A stretch of DNA of 27,603 nucleotides from Ktedonobacteraceae bacterium (GTDB lineage Bacteria; Chloroflexota; Ktedonobacteria; Ktedonobacterales; Ktedonobacteraceae): contig DASTKE010000154.1 of assembly GCA_035716105.1 (NCBI GenBank), forward strand, positions 1 to 27,603, given 5' to 3'. Under the pieces are notes generated by a model. That model did no database searches. It was not told where the DNA came from and saw only the letters and a list, made by a program, of their open reading frames with translations. Position numbers and translations under genes: made by a program. This document shows positions 7,786 to 17,129 of this stretch, in pieces (positions within the stretch are counted from its first letter, which is position 1; every line of letters begins with the position of its first letter).

Positions 7786-8987
7786 ATGTATGCTCCTGCT
7801 TTATTGATCGTTTCCATCGCCTGTAGGAGCCTCGTGCCGCACTCTTGCCAGCTGTATTCAGCTTCCACAAGCGCCCTACCGGCAGTTCCGTATGTTGCCC
7901 GCAACTGTGGATTGCGTAAAAACGCGACTACGGCCCCGGCAAATGCCTCCGGTTGATCTGCTACAGCCAGGTGTTTTCCTGCTGTCACCGCCAGTCCTTC
8001 GCATCCCACGCTGGTAGAGACGACCGCCTTTTGCATTGCCAGCGCCTCAAGTATCTTCAGGCGCGTGCCGCTGCCAATCTGCAAGGGGGCAATAGCGACC
8101 GCCGAGGTAGCGAGATAGGGACGCACATCGGCAACCTGACCGGTGACAGTGACCCCCGGCAATTCCGCCAGTTTCTGCACCTCTGGCTCCGGTTTTCTGC
8201 CGACAATCAGCCATGTCGCATCAGGCACCTGTGCTCGAATGAGCGGCCAACAATATTGTGCGAAAAAGTGTACCGCCTGAATGTTTGGGTAATAATTCAT
8301 CGACCCGGTAAAAATAATCTGGCCGCCTGCTTCCGGTTCAGTGCCATCATTGCTGAACGCTTCGACATCAACGCCATTTGGTACAACTTCGATTTTTTTC
8401 TCCGGCAATATATCCTTGAGGAGAAGTTGTTCGCGCTCGCTCGTCACCAGCACCAGGTCGGCATTGCGGCAGCGTGCTCGTTCACCCGGCTTGAGCAAGC
8501 CAGCTTCCAGGCGGTTATACCACTTACGGAGCGCGCTTTGCTCGATTTCAGCGGTGCGCTCTAAAAGCTCGTATTCGATGTTATGCTGATCGATAATGAC
8601 GCTTATATGCTCTGGCAGCCGGTAGCCTGCTGTCAGCGCGCTTTCAAACACGACGCCATCGTAGTGTGCAGCGTTGAACTGTGCATCAAGTGCATGTTGC
8701 ACCTCTGGCAGGATAAACTGTGTGAGGGTATACGATCTGCCACGAGCCAGATTAAGTAATTGCCGCCGCCTTTTGGCGGTGAATAGCGGGTGAGGGAGCA
8801 ACTGCACGGTTGGCGTGATCCCGGTTAGCAGGGCGATCTCTTCCTCCGTTGCTGGCTCGTCTTCGTGTACCAACGCTACTAACGCAACCTCGTGCTGGCG
8901 TGCGAGCGCTTTGAGCAGGTGGTAGTTACGCCCGCTTGCCCCCCACGAGGGCTGAGGCAGGCAGGCGGACACCATCAGAAGCTTCAT
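7779..8987 (-). CDS. Glycosyltransferase family 4
   Basis: IDQHNIE, VPNGVD, FTGSMNYYPN and GSGTRLKILEALAMQKAVVST signatures. Confidence 0.93.
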   Translation of the reverse strand: MKLLMVSACLPQPSWGASGRNYHLLKALARQHEVALVALVHEDEPATEEEIALLTGITPTVQLLPHPLFTAKRRRQLLNLARGRSYTLTQFILPEVQHALDAQFNAAHYDGVVFESALTAGYRLPEHISVIIDQHNIEYELLERTAEIEQSALRKWYNRLEAGLLKPGERARCRNADLVLVTSEREQLLLKDILPEKKIEVVPNGVDVEAFSNDGTEPEAGGQIIFTGSMNYYPNIQAVHFFAQYCWPLIRAQVPDATWLIVGRKPEPEVQKLAELPGVTVTGQVADVRPYLATSAVAIAPLQIGSGTRLKILEALAMQKAVVSTSVGCEGLAVTAGKHLAVADQPEAFAGAVVAFLRNPQLRATYGTAGRALVEAEYSWQECGTRLLQAMETINKAGAYIC

Positions 8988-10515
8988 CGGTAGTTTGCTC
9001 CTTTTCTTTCGTCATATTCTTATCCTTATCCAGCGCGGGCAGCTTCACAAGCACGCCGACCAGCAGTCCGAGATAAATGATATTGCGGTAGAAGAACAAT
9101 TGATAATCGGCATAGGCGGCAATGACCTCCATGAACGTGATGGCCACGACAAAGATAGCCACCGATCTCAGGTAGGTGTCTCGAAGTTGGCGGGCAACCA
9201 TACAGCCGCGTACAACAATGGAGCCAAAGACGAGCCAGAGGGCAAAATATCCCAGCGGCCCCAGGCGCATCCAGACCCAGTAGATGGTGTTGTGAGGAAC
9301 GTACAGATAGTACGGGTCTAAGCTCAGAATATTTGGCAGCGGTATCGGCTGGAGGAATTCTTTGCCGAAGCCATAGCCGAGAAGAGGATTCTGCTTCAGT
9401 GTATACTTGAGATCATAGTTTTCGATGGTGCGGTAAAGGTTGGAGGCCGCGTCTCTCGGATCAGGACGAATAAGCGAGAGAACAGCGCGGGCAGGCTCGC
9501 TAAGACCGCCCGTGGAGTTGGCGAAGGCCAGAACATACGCGCCCCCGGCTAGCAGGAAGATAATCATGCCGGTAAGCAGCGGTTTGCGCGCATGTGGTTT
9601 GACGATGAAGGTGATGGCCCAGGCGACCAGTGCTCCTATCAGCAGGGCAATGTAATCGGTACGTCGCTGGTTGCCGACCAGGGCAATGCCTAAAAGTGGC
9701 AAGAGCAGCAGGATGGTAAAAAACTGAGGGCGGTGGTTGGCATGGAGAATAAAGATGATTGCCAGCAGCAGCACGGCCACGAAGAAGAACGATTCTTCGT
9801 GCGCCATGATTTCGTTGTGACCAAGCAGGCTGCCATGATATTGCACCAGATAGATATAGGTGCCTTGTAGCGCCTTGATCCCGGCACAAACGATGACAAA
9901 CCAGAATAAGATGCGCACCTGCTTTTTACCGGTAATCAAGTTTACAGCTAGCAGGTAGGAGAGGAACAGGTACTCAAATGGGCGTACTTCCAGCACAACG
10001 ATTTTCAGGTTTCCACCGGTAGCAAGGCCGTGCGCGGCACCCATGACGACGCATAGCAGGAAGAACAGCAGCGGCCAGAGCAGATTGCCGCCTTGCAGCA
10101 GCTTTTCCCTTTTCGCAAATCGATGGCAGATGACAACCAGAAAGGTGAAAAGCAGCAGGAAGCCAATGGGGCGCTCGATCAGGCCAGCAAGCTGCGGAGG
10201 CCAGTAGAAGATGTACAGGTAGTAGCTGACTTTTCCGTCGACCACCAGTGGGTCTTGTTCCACCAGCAGCGCGCATGCCGCTGCCGCGTAAAAGCCGACT
10301 ACCGGCCAGCGAACGATGAGAACCAGCCCTACTAGAACCGCCGTACCTGCCAGCAGCGTGCTAAAACCCACATCCGAACCAAGTAGCACGAGCAAGGGTG
10401 CCAGGCACAGCGCTATTCCAGCAATAAAAATGAAGATGAGCCTGTTACTTTTCTTCTGCGCTATGAGTGGAGCGGAGACTGATGGCAGTTTGTCTGTAAA
10501 AGCCGTGGATTGCAT
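8926..10515 (-). CDS. O-antigen ligase / Wzy polymerase family membrane protein
   Basis: Many TM segments; GNQRRT, PLLGYGFG and PHNTIY...RLGPLG motifs of the Wzy_C/O-antigen ligase family. Its 3' end overlaps the GT4 start by 62 bp. Confidence 0.85.
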   Translation of the reverse strand: MQSTAFTDKLPSVSAPLIAQKKSNRLIFIFIAGIALCLAPLLVLLGSDVGFSTLLAGTAVLVGLVLIVRWPVVGFYAAAACALLVEQDPLVVDGKVSYYLYIFYWPPQLAGLIERPIGFLLLFTFLVVICHRFAKREKLLQGGNLLWPLLFFLLCVVMGAAHGLATGGNLKIVVLEVRPFEYLFLSYLLAVNLITGKKQVRILFWFVIVCAGIKALQGTYIYLVQYHGSLLGHNEIMAHEESFFFVAVLLLAIIFILHANHRPQFFTILLLLPLLGIALVGNQRRTDYIALLIGALVAWAITFIVKPHARKPLLTGMIIFLLAGGAYVLAFANSTGGLSEPARAVLSLIRPDPRDAASNLYRTIENYDLKYTLKQNPLLGYGFGKEFLQPIPLPNILSLDPYYLYVPHNTIYWVWMRLGPLGYFALWLVFGSIVVRGCMVARQLRDTYLRSVAIFVVAITFMEVIAAYADYQLFFYRNIIYLGLLVGVLVKLPALDKDKNMTKEKEQTTDEASDGVRLPASALVGGKRA

Positions 10516-10532
10516 AGCTATCCCTGTCTTGT

Positions 10533-10664
10533 CTAGAGAAAAGTAACGTAGACCACAACCGCCAGGATGCTGGCGATGAGCAGTGCGCGCACCAGTGAGT
10601 TATAGGTACGCGCAAACAGCCCGATGCCGAGAAAGATCAGCAGCAGCAGGGCAAGGACTTTCAT
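10533..10664 (-). CDS. 43-aa two-TM microprotein, MKVLALLLLIFLGIGLFARTYNSLVRALLIASILAVVVYVTFL (below the ORF-track cutoff)
   Basis: SD GGAGGAG (10680-10674), ATG at 10664, TAG at 10535-10533; it fills the gap between the co-oriented kinase and polymerase genes. Confidence 0.8.
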   Translation of the reverse strand: MKVLALLLLIFLGIGLFARTYNSLVRALLIASILAVVVYVTFL

Positions 10665-10683
10665 GACGAATATCTCCTCCCAA

Positions 10684-11580
10684 CTAGAGTAAGCGTCGCA
10701 GCCAGCGCGGCAGACTGCTTTCCACCTGATTGAGCAGCATACCCCTGACGGGCATATGTTTGAGCTGAGTACATGTTTCGGCGATCAGCGTTTCAGATGT
10801 GACTTTTGCTCGCACCACGATTACCAGTGCATCTACTAAACCTGCCATTAGCGAACCGTAAGCAGAGGTGATTACCGGCGGCAGATCGACGATCAACAAT
10901 TCGTCTGCATGATGCAGGGTGTCCAGGAGATCTTTCTGGCGCAGGTGTTGTGCCAGTTTCACCGCGTCCTGCCTGCCCTGGCCCGCGGGGATGATCGTTA
11001 AGTTGTCGCTTACCTGATAGCGGATGTCACTTTCGCTGGCCTCTCCTCGCATCCATTCCGCCAGGCCCGGAGAAGCTGCAACGCCAAAGTACTCGTGCAG
11101 GTCTGGATGCTCCCAGTTGCATTCCAGCAGCGTGATGGGCATGCTGCTGTCGCTGGCAAGCGATTGGGCGGATATCGCGGACAGAAACGATTTTCCCTCT
11201 CCATTGACGGCACTGGTGAAGCCCAGACTGCGTGCCGTCGTCTGCTCGTGGAAAAAGATGGAGAGGCAGAGGTGGCGACAGCGCTCTTCGACCAGGTAGG
11301 CGTTCATCTGGTCATGTTTTGTGACTGACGGCGATGAAACGGCGACGGCATCCGCCTTCTTCCTCTTTGCCCGTTTCCTGATCGCTTTGGTCTCTTTTCC
11401 TACTGGTACCAGGTCAAGCGCCGGTGCTGAGTCTGGAAGCTCGATCAGCAGCGTCTCGGCTGTGTTCGCGGTATGTCCATTGGACGCATTATTCTGCTCC
11501 GGCTCCGGCGTATCGGGTATGGAAATGTTCTTATAGGCCGGAAATTTCTGCGTGAGTTCTTCCAATGTATCCTCTGGCAT
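10684..11580 (-). CDS. CpsD/CapB-family tyrosine-kinase-like P-loop ATPase
   Basis: Walker A TSAVNGEGKS, Walker B IVDLPP, GLAEWMRG, DALVIVVRA and GMLLNQV; adjacent to the co-polymerase. Walker A' is degenerate and there is no C-terminal Tyr cluster. Confidence 0.85.
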   Translation of the reverse strand: MPEDTLEELTQKFPAYKNISIPDTPEPEQNNASNGHTANTAETLLIELPDSAPALDLVPVGKETKAIRKRAKRKKADAVAVSSPSVTKHDQMNAYLVEERCRHLCLSIFFHEQTTARSLGFTSAVNGEGKSFLSAISAQSLASDSSMPITLLECNWEHPDLHEYFGVAASPGLAEWMRGEASESDIRYQVSDNLTIIPAGQGRQDAVKLAQHLRQKDLLDTLHHADELLIVDLPPVITSAYGSLMAGLVDALVIVVRAKVTSETLIAETCTQLKHMPVRGMLLNQVESSLPRWLRRLL

Positions 11581-11588
11581 GTCTACCT

Positions 11589-12641
11589 CTAACTTTCCAG
11601 GTAAAACAGATCAACGTTTTTTCCACCTGCTGGCGGGTTGCCGTGTCCTGCTGTCGCATCAATCAGCAGCGGTATGGCGGCTTTTGCCAGGTGGGGGAGT
11701 TGCATAACAACAGGAAATGGTGATACCTTCTGAAGGTCGCGTGCGCTATATGCTGAGCGATCGCGACGAAGAACAATCACGACATACAATGCACATGCCA
11801 GAAGCCCTACACCCAGTCCAATGCCTCCCCCGAACAGGAGTTCTTTGAGACGCGATACCGGCTTTCGCGGCACAATAGGCGCGTCCAGCACTTTGAAAAG
11901 GCTTTCAGTGGCATTGCCCTGAGAGCTGATCTCCTGATTAATGGTGGCGATCTGATTTTGAATGGCCTGCAACGTCGTCTGTGCCTGTTGCGTTTGTGAG
12001 TGTAGCAAGGCGTATTGCGGGTCATTTGCCAGGTCCGCGGGTTTCTCCTGTGGATGCCGGGCAATATATTGTGCTTCAGCATTGGCTGCCGCAGTCGAAT
12101 CTTGTTTCGCCTTTGTCAACTGTGTCTGGTAACTTTCAAGCAACAGTTCGCCTTCTACAACCGTAAAGCCCTGACTTTGCAATCCATAGTTTTGAATGAC
12201 AGATTGGACAACCGATTGGGCTGCCTGCCCATCTTTATTCTGATACGTGACTACGAACAGGTTATACCCTTCCGCTGTTACCTTCACCTTTTGTGCTATC
12301 TCGGCGTACAGGGTATCGTTGCGATCCTGTGTATCGGCCTGTACCGCCGGATCAAGGGTGGATGGAAGGGAACTGCCATCGGCTACCGCCAGGGCGAAGG
12401 TGCGCGATTGCAGCAATTCGCTCAGGGCGGTTGCTTGCGTCTGTGCCGGCGTTGAGGTCAGGTCCGTCTCCGGCCCGGTTGCGCCAATAATCACATATCG
12501 ACGCAAGGCCCACAAACTGGTCGTGACCTCATAGGTACGTGGTAATAGATATGCAACCGCCACACTGATGATTGGCAGCAGGATAACAAGCATCAGAAGT
12601 GAAAGAAGTCTCTGAAAGATGACTTCAAGAGTACGGGTCAC
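11589..12641 (-). CDS. Polysaccharide co-polymerase / chain-length determinant (Wzz/CpsC/CapA-like)
   Basis: SD AGGAGG before GTG12641; N-terminal TM, PRTYEVTTSL, Gln-rich coiled coil, VLDAP...P, and a Gly-rich second TM. Confidence 0.85.
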   Translation of the reverse strand: MTRTLEVIFQRLLSLLMLVILLPIISVAVAYLLPRTYEVTTSLWALRRYVIIGATGPETDLTSTPAQTQATALSELLQSRTFALAVADGSSLPSTLDPAVQADTQDRNDTLYAEIAQKVKVTAEGYNLFVVTYQNKDGQAAQSVVQSVIQNYGLQSQGFTVVEGELLLESYQTQLTKAKQDSTAAANAEAQYIARHPQEKPADLANDPQYALLHSQTQQAQTTLQAIQNQIATINQEISSQGNATESLFKVLDAPIVPRKPVSRLKELLFGGGIGLGVGLLACALYVVIVLRRDRSAYSARDLQKVSPFPVVMQLPHLAKAAIPLLIDATAGHGNPPAGGKNVDLFYLES

Positions 12642-12908
12642 GAGCGCCTACCTCCTCTTTGCGTAACAACAATCCTTTCTAAGGATACAGGTACTCGCAT
12701 AAGAAGATGGTATTTATCGACGTTTAAATGGTGTCTTGAAGGACAGGGGCAGGTATACATTGTGCTACCTGATCGGTTTCATCCTGAGAGGTGCATTGCT
12801 TCATAACCCTATCCTCTTCCCTCCATATGCGAGGATGCATTTATCTACTTTTCCCGCTCGTCAGCACTCATTCTTTACCTGGACGAATATTCCCTTAGCA
12901 CGTTGCTG

Positions 12909-12917
12909 TGTTACTAT
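12909..12917 (+). promoter_or_regulatory. Candidate extended -10 promoter TGtTACTAT for the 13010-17680 operon
   Basis: Motif match in the divergent intergenic region 12642-13009. Confidence 0.4.
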
Positions 12918-13009
12918 CGAAACGCAGAGGGAGAAAACGAGGCGTTGTACCCGCTCCGTTTCCTTGATTCTTTTGCGCTATCCATAACATATGAGGAGGA
13001 CGTATTGAG

Positions 13010-14167
13010 GTGAAAGACAATGATGCCACTGTCGTGATTGGCGCGGGTCCCTATGGACTTGCCGTAGGAGCACACCTGAAGGCGAAGCGTGGAGACACGC
13101 TCATCTTTGGGAAACCAATGGAGTTCTGGAAGAAGATGCCGCCCAGAATGAATCTGAAATCGTCATGGAGTGCGCTGACTATCTCTGATCCTGCGGGCGC
13201 GTATAGCCTGAAACGCTTTAGTACGTTCTCCGGTATTGCGCAGCAAGAGCCTGTCCAACTGCAAACCTTTCTCAAGTATGGCGACTGGTTCCAGCAGGAG
13301 CTGCTGCCAGATATTGATCAAACCTATGTCCGGTCACTGTCTCGTGATGGGAACCGCTTTCAGCTCGATCTTGAGGATGGACGGAGCGTGAGAGCGAGCA
13401 GTGTGGTAGTGGCTACCGGCATCGCCTCGTTTGCCCACATTCCCCCGGCTCTCGCGCACCTTCCCGCGGAACTGGTATCGCATAGCCAGGAGCATAGTGA
13501 TTTCTCGCGCTTCCAGAACAAGCGTGTGGTCGTCGTGGGCAGCGGGCAGAGCGCTTTGGAGGCCGCGGCTTTGTTGCACGAGGCGGGAGCTGCTGTCGAA
13601 TTGATCGCTCGTGGGCCTGTGGTCTGGATTGATCGCCGGTTGCATCGCTATACCGGCCCGGCGAAGCGTCTCTTCTATCCGCCCAGTGATGTTGGCCCTC
13701 CTGGCATCAACTGGTTAGTCGCGTTTCCCTTGCTCTTCAAAAACTTCCCGGATAAAACGCGGGTGGCTCTGGATGAGCGTGCGGTGCGCCCGGCAGGAGC
13801 GCCGTGGCTGCGTCCAAGAGTCGAGGGGCACATCAATATTACCGCCAGTACGACGATCACCTCTGCGAAGGAGCAGGGACAGGGTGTGTTGCTCCAGTTG
13901 AGCGATGGGACAACACGAGAAGCAGACCATGTAGTCACCGGCACGGGCTATCGCCCGGACATCGACACCCTGAGCTTTATCGATCCAGCGTTACGCCAGC
14001 AGATACAGAGACATGATGGTTCTCCGCGCCTGAATGAATGGTTTGAGTCATCAGTACCGAATCTGTACTTTGTTGGTGCGCTCGCCGGCTATGTCTTTGG
14101 ACCACTGTGTCGTTTCGTTGTCGGTTCAAAGGTGGCTTCACGCCAGATCGCACGGCACGCGGCATAG
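13010..14167 (+). CDS. FAD/NAD(P)-dependent oxidoreductase, flavoprotein monooxygenase-like
   Basis: GAGPYG (FAD), ATG, GSGQSALE (NAD(P)H), TGTGYRP and ESSVPNLYFVG; SD GAGGAGG. Confidence 0.88.
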   Translation: MKDNDATVVIGAGPYGLAVGAHLKAKRGDTLIFGKPMEFWKKMPPRMNLKSSWSALTISDPAGAYSLKRFSTFSGIAQQEPVQLQTFLKYGDWFQQELLPDIDQTYVRSLSRDGNRFQLDLEDGRSVRASSVVVATGIASFAHIPPALAHLPAELVSHSQEHSDFSRFQNKRVVVVGSGQSALEAAALLHEAGAAVELIARGPVVWIDRRLHRYTGPAKRLFYPPSDVGPPGINWLVAFPLLFKNFPDKTRVALDERAVRPAGAPWLRPRVEGHINITASTTITSAKEQGQGVLLQLSDGTTREADHVVTGTGYRPDIDTLSFIDPALRQQIQRHDGSPRLNEWFESSVPNLYFVGALAGYVFGPLCRFVVGSKVASRQIARHAA

Positions 14168-14188
14168 TTGCCAGCGAGGAGGAAAGAC

Positions 14189-15490
14189 ATGCCAGATCAG
14201 TCGGACCATCGGGACCATCAAGGTCAACCGGGGGCAATAGTGCTTGGCAGTGACTTTAAGGCATTAGGAGTTGTGCGTAGTTTAGGACGGAGGGGTATAC
14301 CATGCGTTGTCATCGACAACCTGCCTCGCTCCGCCTGGTTCTCGCGCTATACCTCCCGGCGTTTCAAATGGGAAGGCTCACTCGATGATCCTGCCTTTTT
14401 GCCTTTCCTCCTCGATCTCGGCCAGCAATATCACCTGGAGCAGTGGGTGCTCTTTCCCATGCAGGACGAGGTGGTAGGATTCGTGGCCCGCCATACACAG
14501 CAGCTCACGAAGTTCTATCAGCTTGCCACACAGGATTGGGACATTGTGCAATGGGCGAATGACAAGCGCCAGACCTACTCCATGGCCGGAGAACTGGACG
14601 TTCCCTATCCGAAAACCTGGTATCCTGCCTCGGAAGACGAACTACAGGCGATGGACGTGGCCTTTCCCGCCATCATTAAACCCGCCATCTCCACCAATTT
14701 GCAGTATGCGATGCGTCTCAAAGCCCTTCCCGCACGCGATTCCGCTGAATTGCTTGCCCAGTATCGTCTCGCGGCTACCGTGATCAGCCCGCGGGAAATC
14801 ATGGTGCAGGAAGTGATACCGGGAGATGGACGTACACAATATTCTGTCGCGACCTTTTGCGAAGCCGGACGCATTCTCATGGGCATGACGGCCCGCCGCA
14901 CACGTCAATACCCGATAGATTACGGCCTGGGCAGTAGTTTTGTCGAGGCGATGGAGGTACCGGCGCTCTTTGAGCTTGCCGCGAAGCTGCTGCGGCACAT
15001 GGGCGTCTCAGGTATGGTCGAGGTTGAATTCAAGCACGATCTGCGCGACGATGCATACAAGTTGCTCGATATTAACGTACGTCCCTGGGGCTGGCATACC
15101 TTATGCATCGCCTGCGGTTTGGATTTCCCCTACATGCAGTATTGTGCCGCGCAGGGGCGACAGGCGCTCCCAGTTTCTTCAACGGTGAACTACGATTACC
15201 ACTGGGTGCGTCTCCTCACCGATATTCCTGCTGGCCTGCAAGAGATGCGGGCTGGCATTACAACGCCACTGGCCTATATGCGCTCGCTGCTCGGTAAAAC
15301 GGCATTCTCCGTCTTTGATTGGCGTGATCCTCTTCCGGCGGCAGGAGACTTTGCGGTCGTCCTGTCCCGCCTGGTGAGAGGTTTTACGGGGAAAGGAGCA
15401 AAGGTACATGAACCGACTCCACAAAACCACGTTAGTCAGGTTGGAAAACAGTCAGAAGATGCAAGCAGTGTTGGCGCACATGCCATATAG
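14189..15490 (+). CDS. ATP-grasp carboxylate-amine ligase (D-aspartate-ligase-like)
   Basis: SD AGGAGG before ATG14189; RSLGRRGI, NDKRQTY, PAIIKP, VQEVIPG, RQYP...G.S and VEVEFKHD...KLLDINVRPW. Confidence 0.88.
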   Translation: MPDQSDHRDHQGQPGAIVLGSDFKALGVVRSLGRRGIPCVVIDNLPRSAWFSRYTSRRFKWEGSLDDPAFLPFLLDLGQQYHLEQWVLFPMQDEVVGFVARHTQQLTKFYQLATQDWDIVQWANDKRQTYSMAGELDVPYPKTWYPASEDELQAMDVAFPAIIKPAISTNLQYAMRLKALPARDSAELLAQYRLAATVISPREIMVQEVIPGDGRTQYSVATFCEAGRILMGMTARRTRQYPIDYGLGSSFVEAMEVPALFELAAKLLRHMGVSGMVEVEFKHDLRDDAYKLLDINVRPWGWHTLCIACGLDFPYMQYCAAQGRQALPVSSTVNYDYHWVRLLTDIPAGLQEMRAGITTPLAYMRSLLGKTAFSVFDWRDPLPAAGDFAVVLSRLVRGFTGKGAKVHEPTPQNHVSQVGKQSEDASSVGAHAI

Positions 15491-15518
15491 CCAGAAGGTA
15501 GAAGCGGTGCTAAAACCT

Positions 15519-17129
15519 ATGCAGAACAATCACAACGGTCACTTTAGCGGTATAAGCATGAAGCGCATTGTGAATAACACGGTCATCTCGCTTACCGGGC
15601 AGGCTGTGACCTGGGGGTCGACACTGCTGTTGACGATTGCTTATGGGCGCTTCCTCGGAGATTTCAAATTTGGAGAACTCTATTTTGCCATTACCTTTGT
15701 GCTTCTCGTAGGCTTCCCGATTGAGTTTGGCTTCAACCAGCAACTGACCCGTGACGTAGCGCAGGAGCCGGATAAGGCGCTGCGCTATCTTTCCAATACC
15801 CTCGTCATCAAAGTTGCGCTCTGGCTGGTACTGTATAGCGCCATTCTGTTGATTTGCAAGCTGCTGGGATACAGTCCTGAACAGCGTTTTCTGGTGGCGA
15901 TCTGCGGCATCATGCTGTTAACCGCGTCGATTGCCAATGCCTTTGGCTCGCTTCACTATGCCTTTGAACGGGTTGTCTTTCCCGTCTTTGGCACCATGCT
16001 CGAAAAGGGGCTGTCGGCGCTTGTCGGTTTCCTCCTGCTGAGAAACGGGGCGAGCGTGGAGACGATAGCGTTCGTATTGCTGGGTGGCTCATTCATCAAT
16101 GCGTGCTGGCAAGGCTTCTGGTTTTTCCGCCTGGTCGGGTTCAGCTTTACTATCGAGGGTGGGCTTATCCGCGACCTGATACGCACAAGTATTCCATTCC
16201 TGACGTATGGCGTTCTCGGTGTGATATATTATCGCCTGGATACCATTATTCTCTCCCTCGTGGCAGATGCGACCGTTGTGGGGTGGTATGGTGCGGCTTA
16301 CCGCCTGTTTGACACGCTGATATTCTTACCCAGCCTTGTCATCAGTGCCATCATGTATCCCGTTTTCTCGAAGCTTTCTATGACATCCGAGGCCAGCTTG
16401 AAAACAGCCATCGAGAAAACGACCAACTTTTTGCTCTTTTGCGCCATTCCTATTACCAGTATATTGATCATCGCCGCCCCGAATATCATCGGCTTTCTCT
16501 ACCACAACGCCGATTTTCTGCCGAGCATCCCGGCGCTGCAGGCGCTTGCCCCCGGCCTCACCTTCCTCTATGTAAACTCTGTCTTTAGTGCCATCATCAT
16601 GAGTACGAAGCAGGAGAGAAAGATCACGATCATGGCAGGTATTGCCCTGCTCTTCAATCTTGGACTCAACTTGATCCTGATTCCGCTATACAGGCACGTG
16701 GGGGCTGCCATTGTCACCTCACTGACCGAGTTTCTCCTGCTGTGCATTGGCCTGGCGTTTGTTCCTGGGCGTTTGCGTCCATTTGGGAGCCTGCGTGTGG
16801 CGGGGAAATCTCTGCTGGCGGCCCTGATTATGGTTGGAGCCGTTTTTCTCTTCCAGCACATCACGTTCAATGTTTTTGTGCTGCTGCTGGTTGGAGCGCT
16901 CGTTTATGCCGGCGTGGCGATGTTGCTGGGCGCAATCCCCAGAGAAGATATGCGTGCGCTCTTTGGCTCTGTACGACAGAAGGCGCACAGGGGCGTTGCA
17001 GAAGCTCCTGTAGATCAGCCAGATCAGCACCCACCTGTGGTAGAACAGGAACCTGTGCCGGTAGTCGCGGATGTAGAACAATCTGAGGCATATGATCTTG
17101 ATCTCACAGGAAGCGGGAGGATGCCATGA
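15519..17129 (+). CDS. Wzx-type oligosaccharide flippase
   Basis: Many TM segments; GRFLG...FGELY, EFGFNQQLTRDVA, YYRLDTIILS, VGWYGAAYRL and LNLILIPLY..VGAAI are typical of the polysaccharide-export MOP family. Start uncertain (15408-15558). Confidence 0.9.
   Translation: MQNNHNGHFSGISMKRIVNNTVISLTGQAVTWGSTLLLTIAYGRFLGDFKFGELYFAITFVLLVGFPIEFGFNQQLTRDVAQEPDKALRYLSNTLVIKVALWLVLYSAILLICKLLGYSPEQRFLVAICGIMLLTASIANAFGSLHYAFERVVFPVFGTMLEKGLSALVGFLLLRNGASVETIAFVLLGGSFINACWQGFWFFRLVGFSFTIEGGLIRDLIRTSIPFLTYGVLGVIYYRLDTIILSLVADATVVGWYGAAYRLFDTLIFLPSLVISAIMYPVFSKLSMTSEASLKTAIEKTTNFLLFCAIPITSILIIAAPNIIGFLYHNADFLPSIPALQALAPGLTFLYVNSVFSAIIMSTKQERKITIMAGIALLFNLGLNLILIPLYRHVGAAIVTSLTEFLLLCIGLAFVPGRLRPFGSLRVAGKSLLAALIMVGAVFLFQHITFNVFVLLLVGALVYAGVAMLLGAIPREDMRALFGSVRQKAHRGVAEAPVDQPDQHPPVVEQEPVPVVADVEQSEAYDLDLTGSGRMP

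Noticed and set aside
8926-8987. 62-bp overlap between the polymerase C-terminus and the GT4 start as a sign of dual coding
   Set aside because: The polymerase tail is low-complexity; most simply a drifted stop codon within an operon.
12750-12771. CAGGTA-N10-TACCTG dyad in the central divergent promoter
   Set aside because: Six-bp arms occur readily by chance, and I found no second copy at the other locus promoters.
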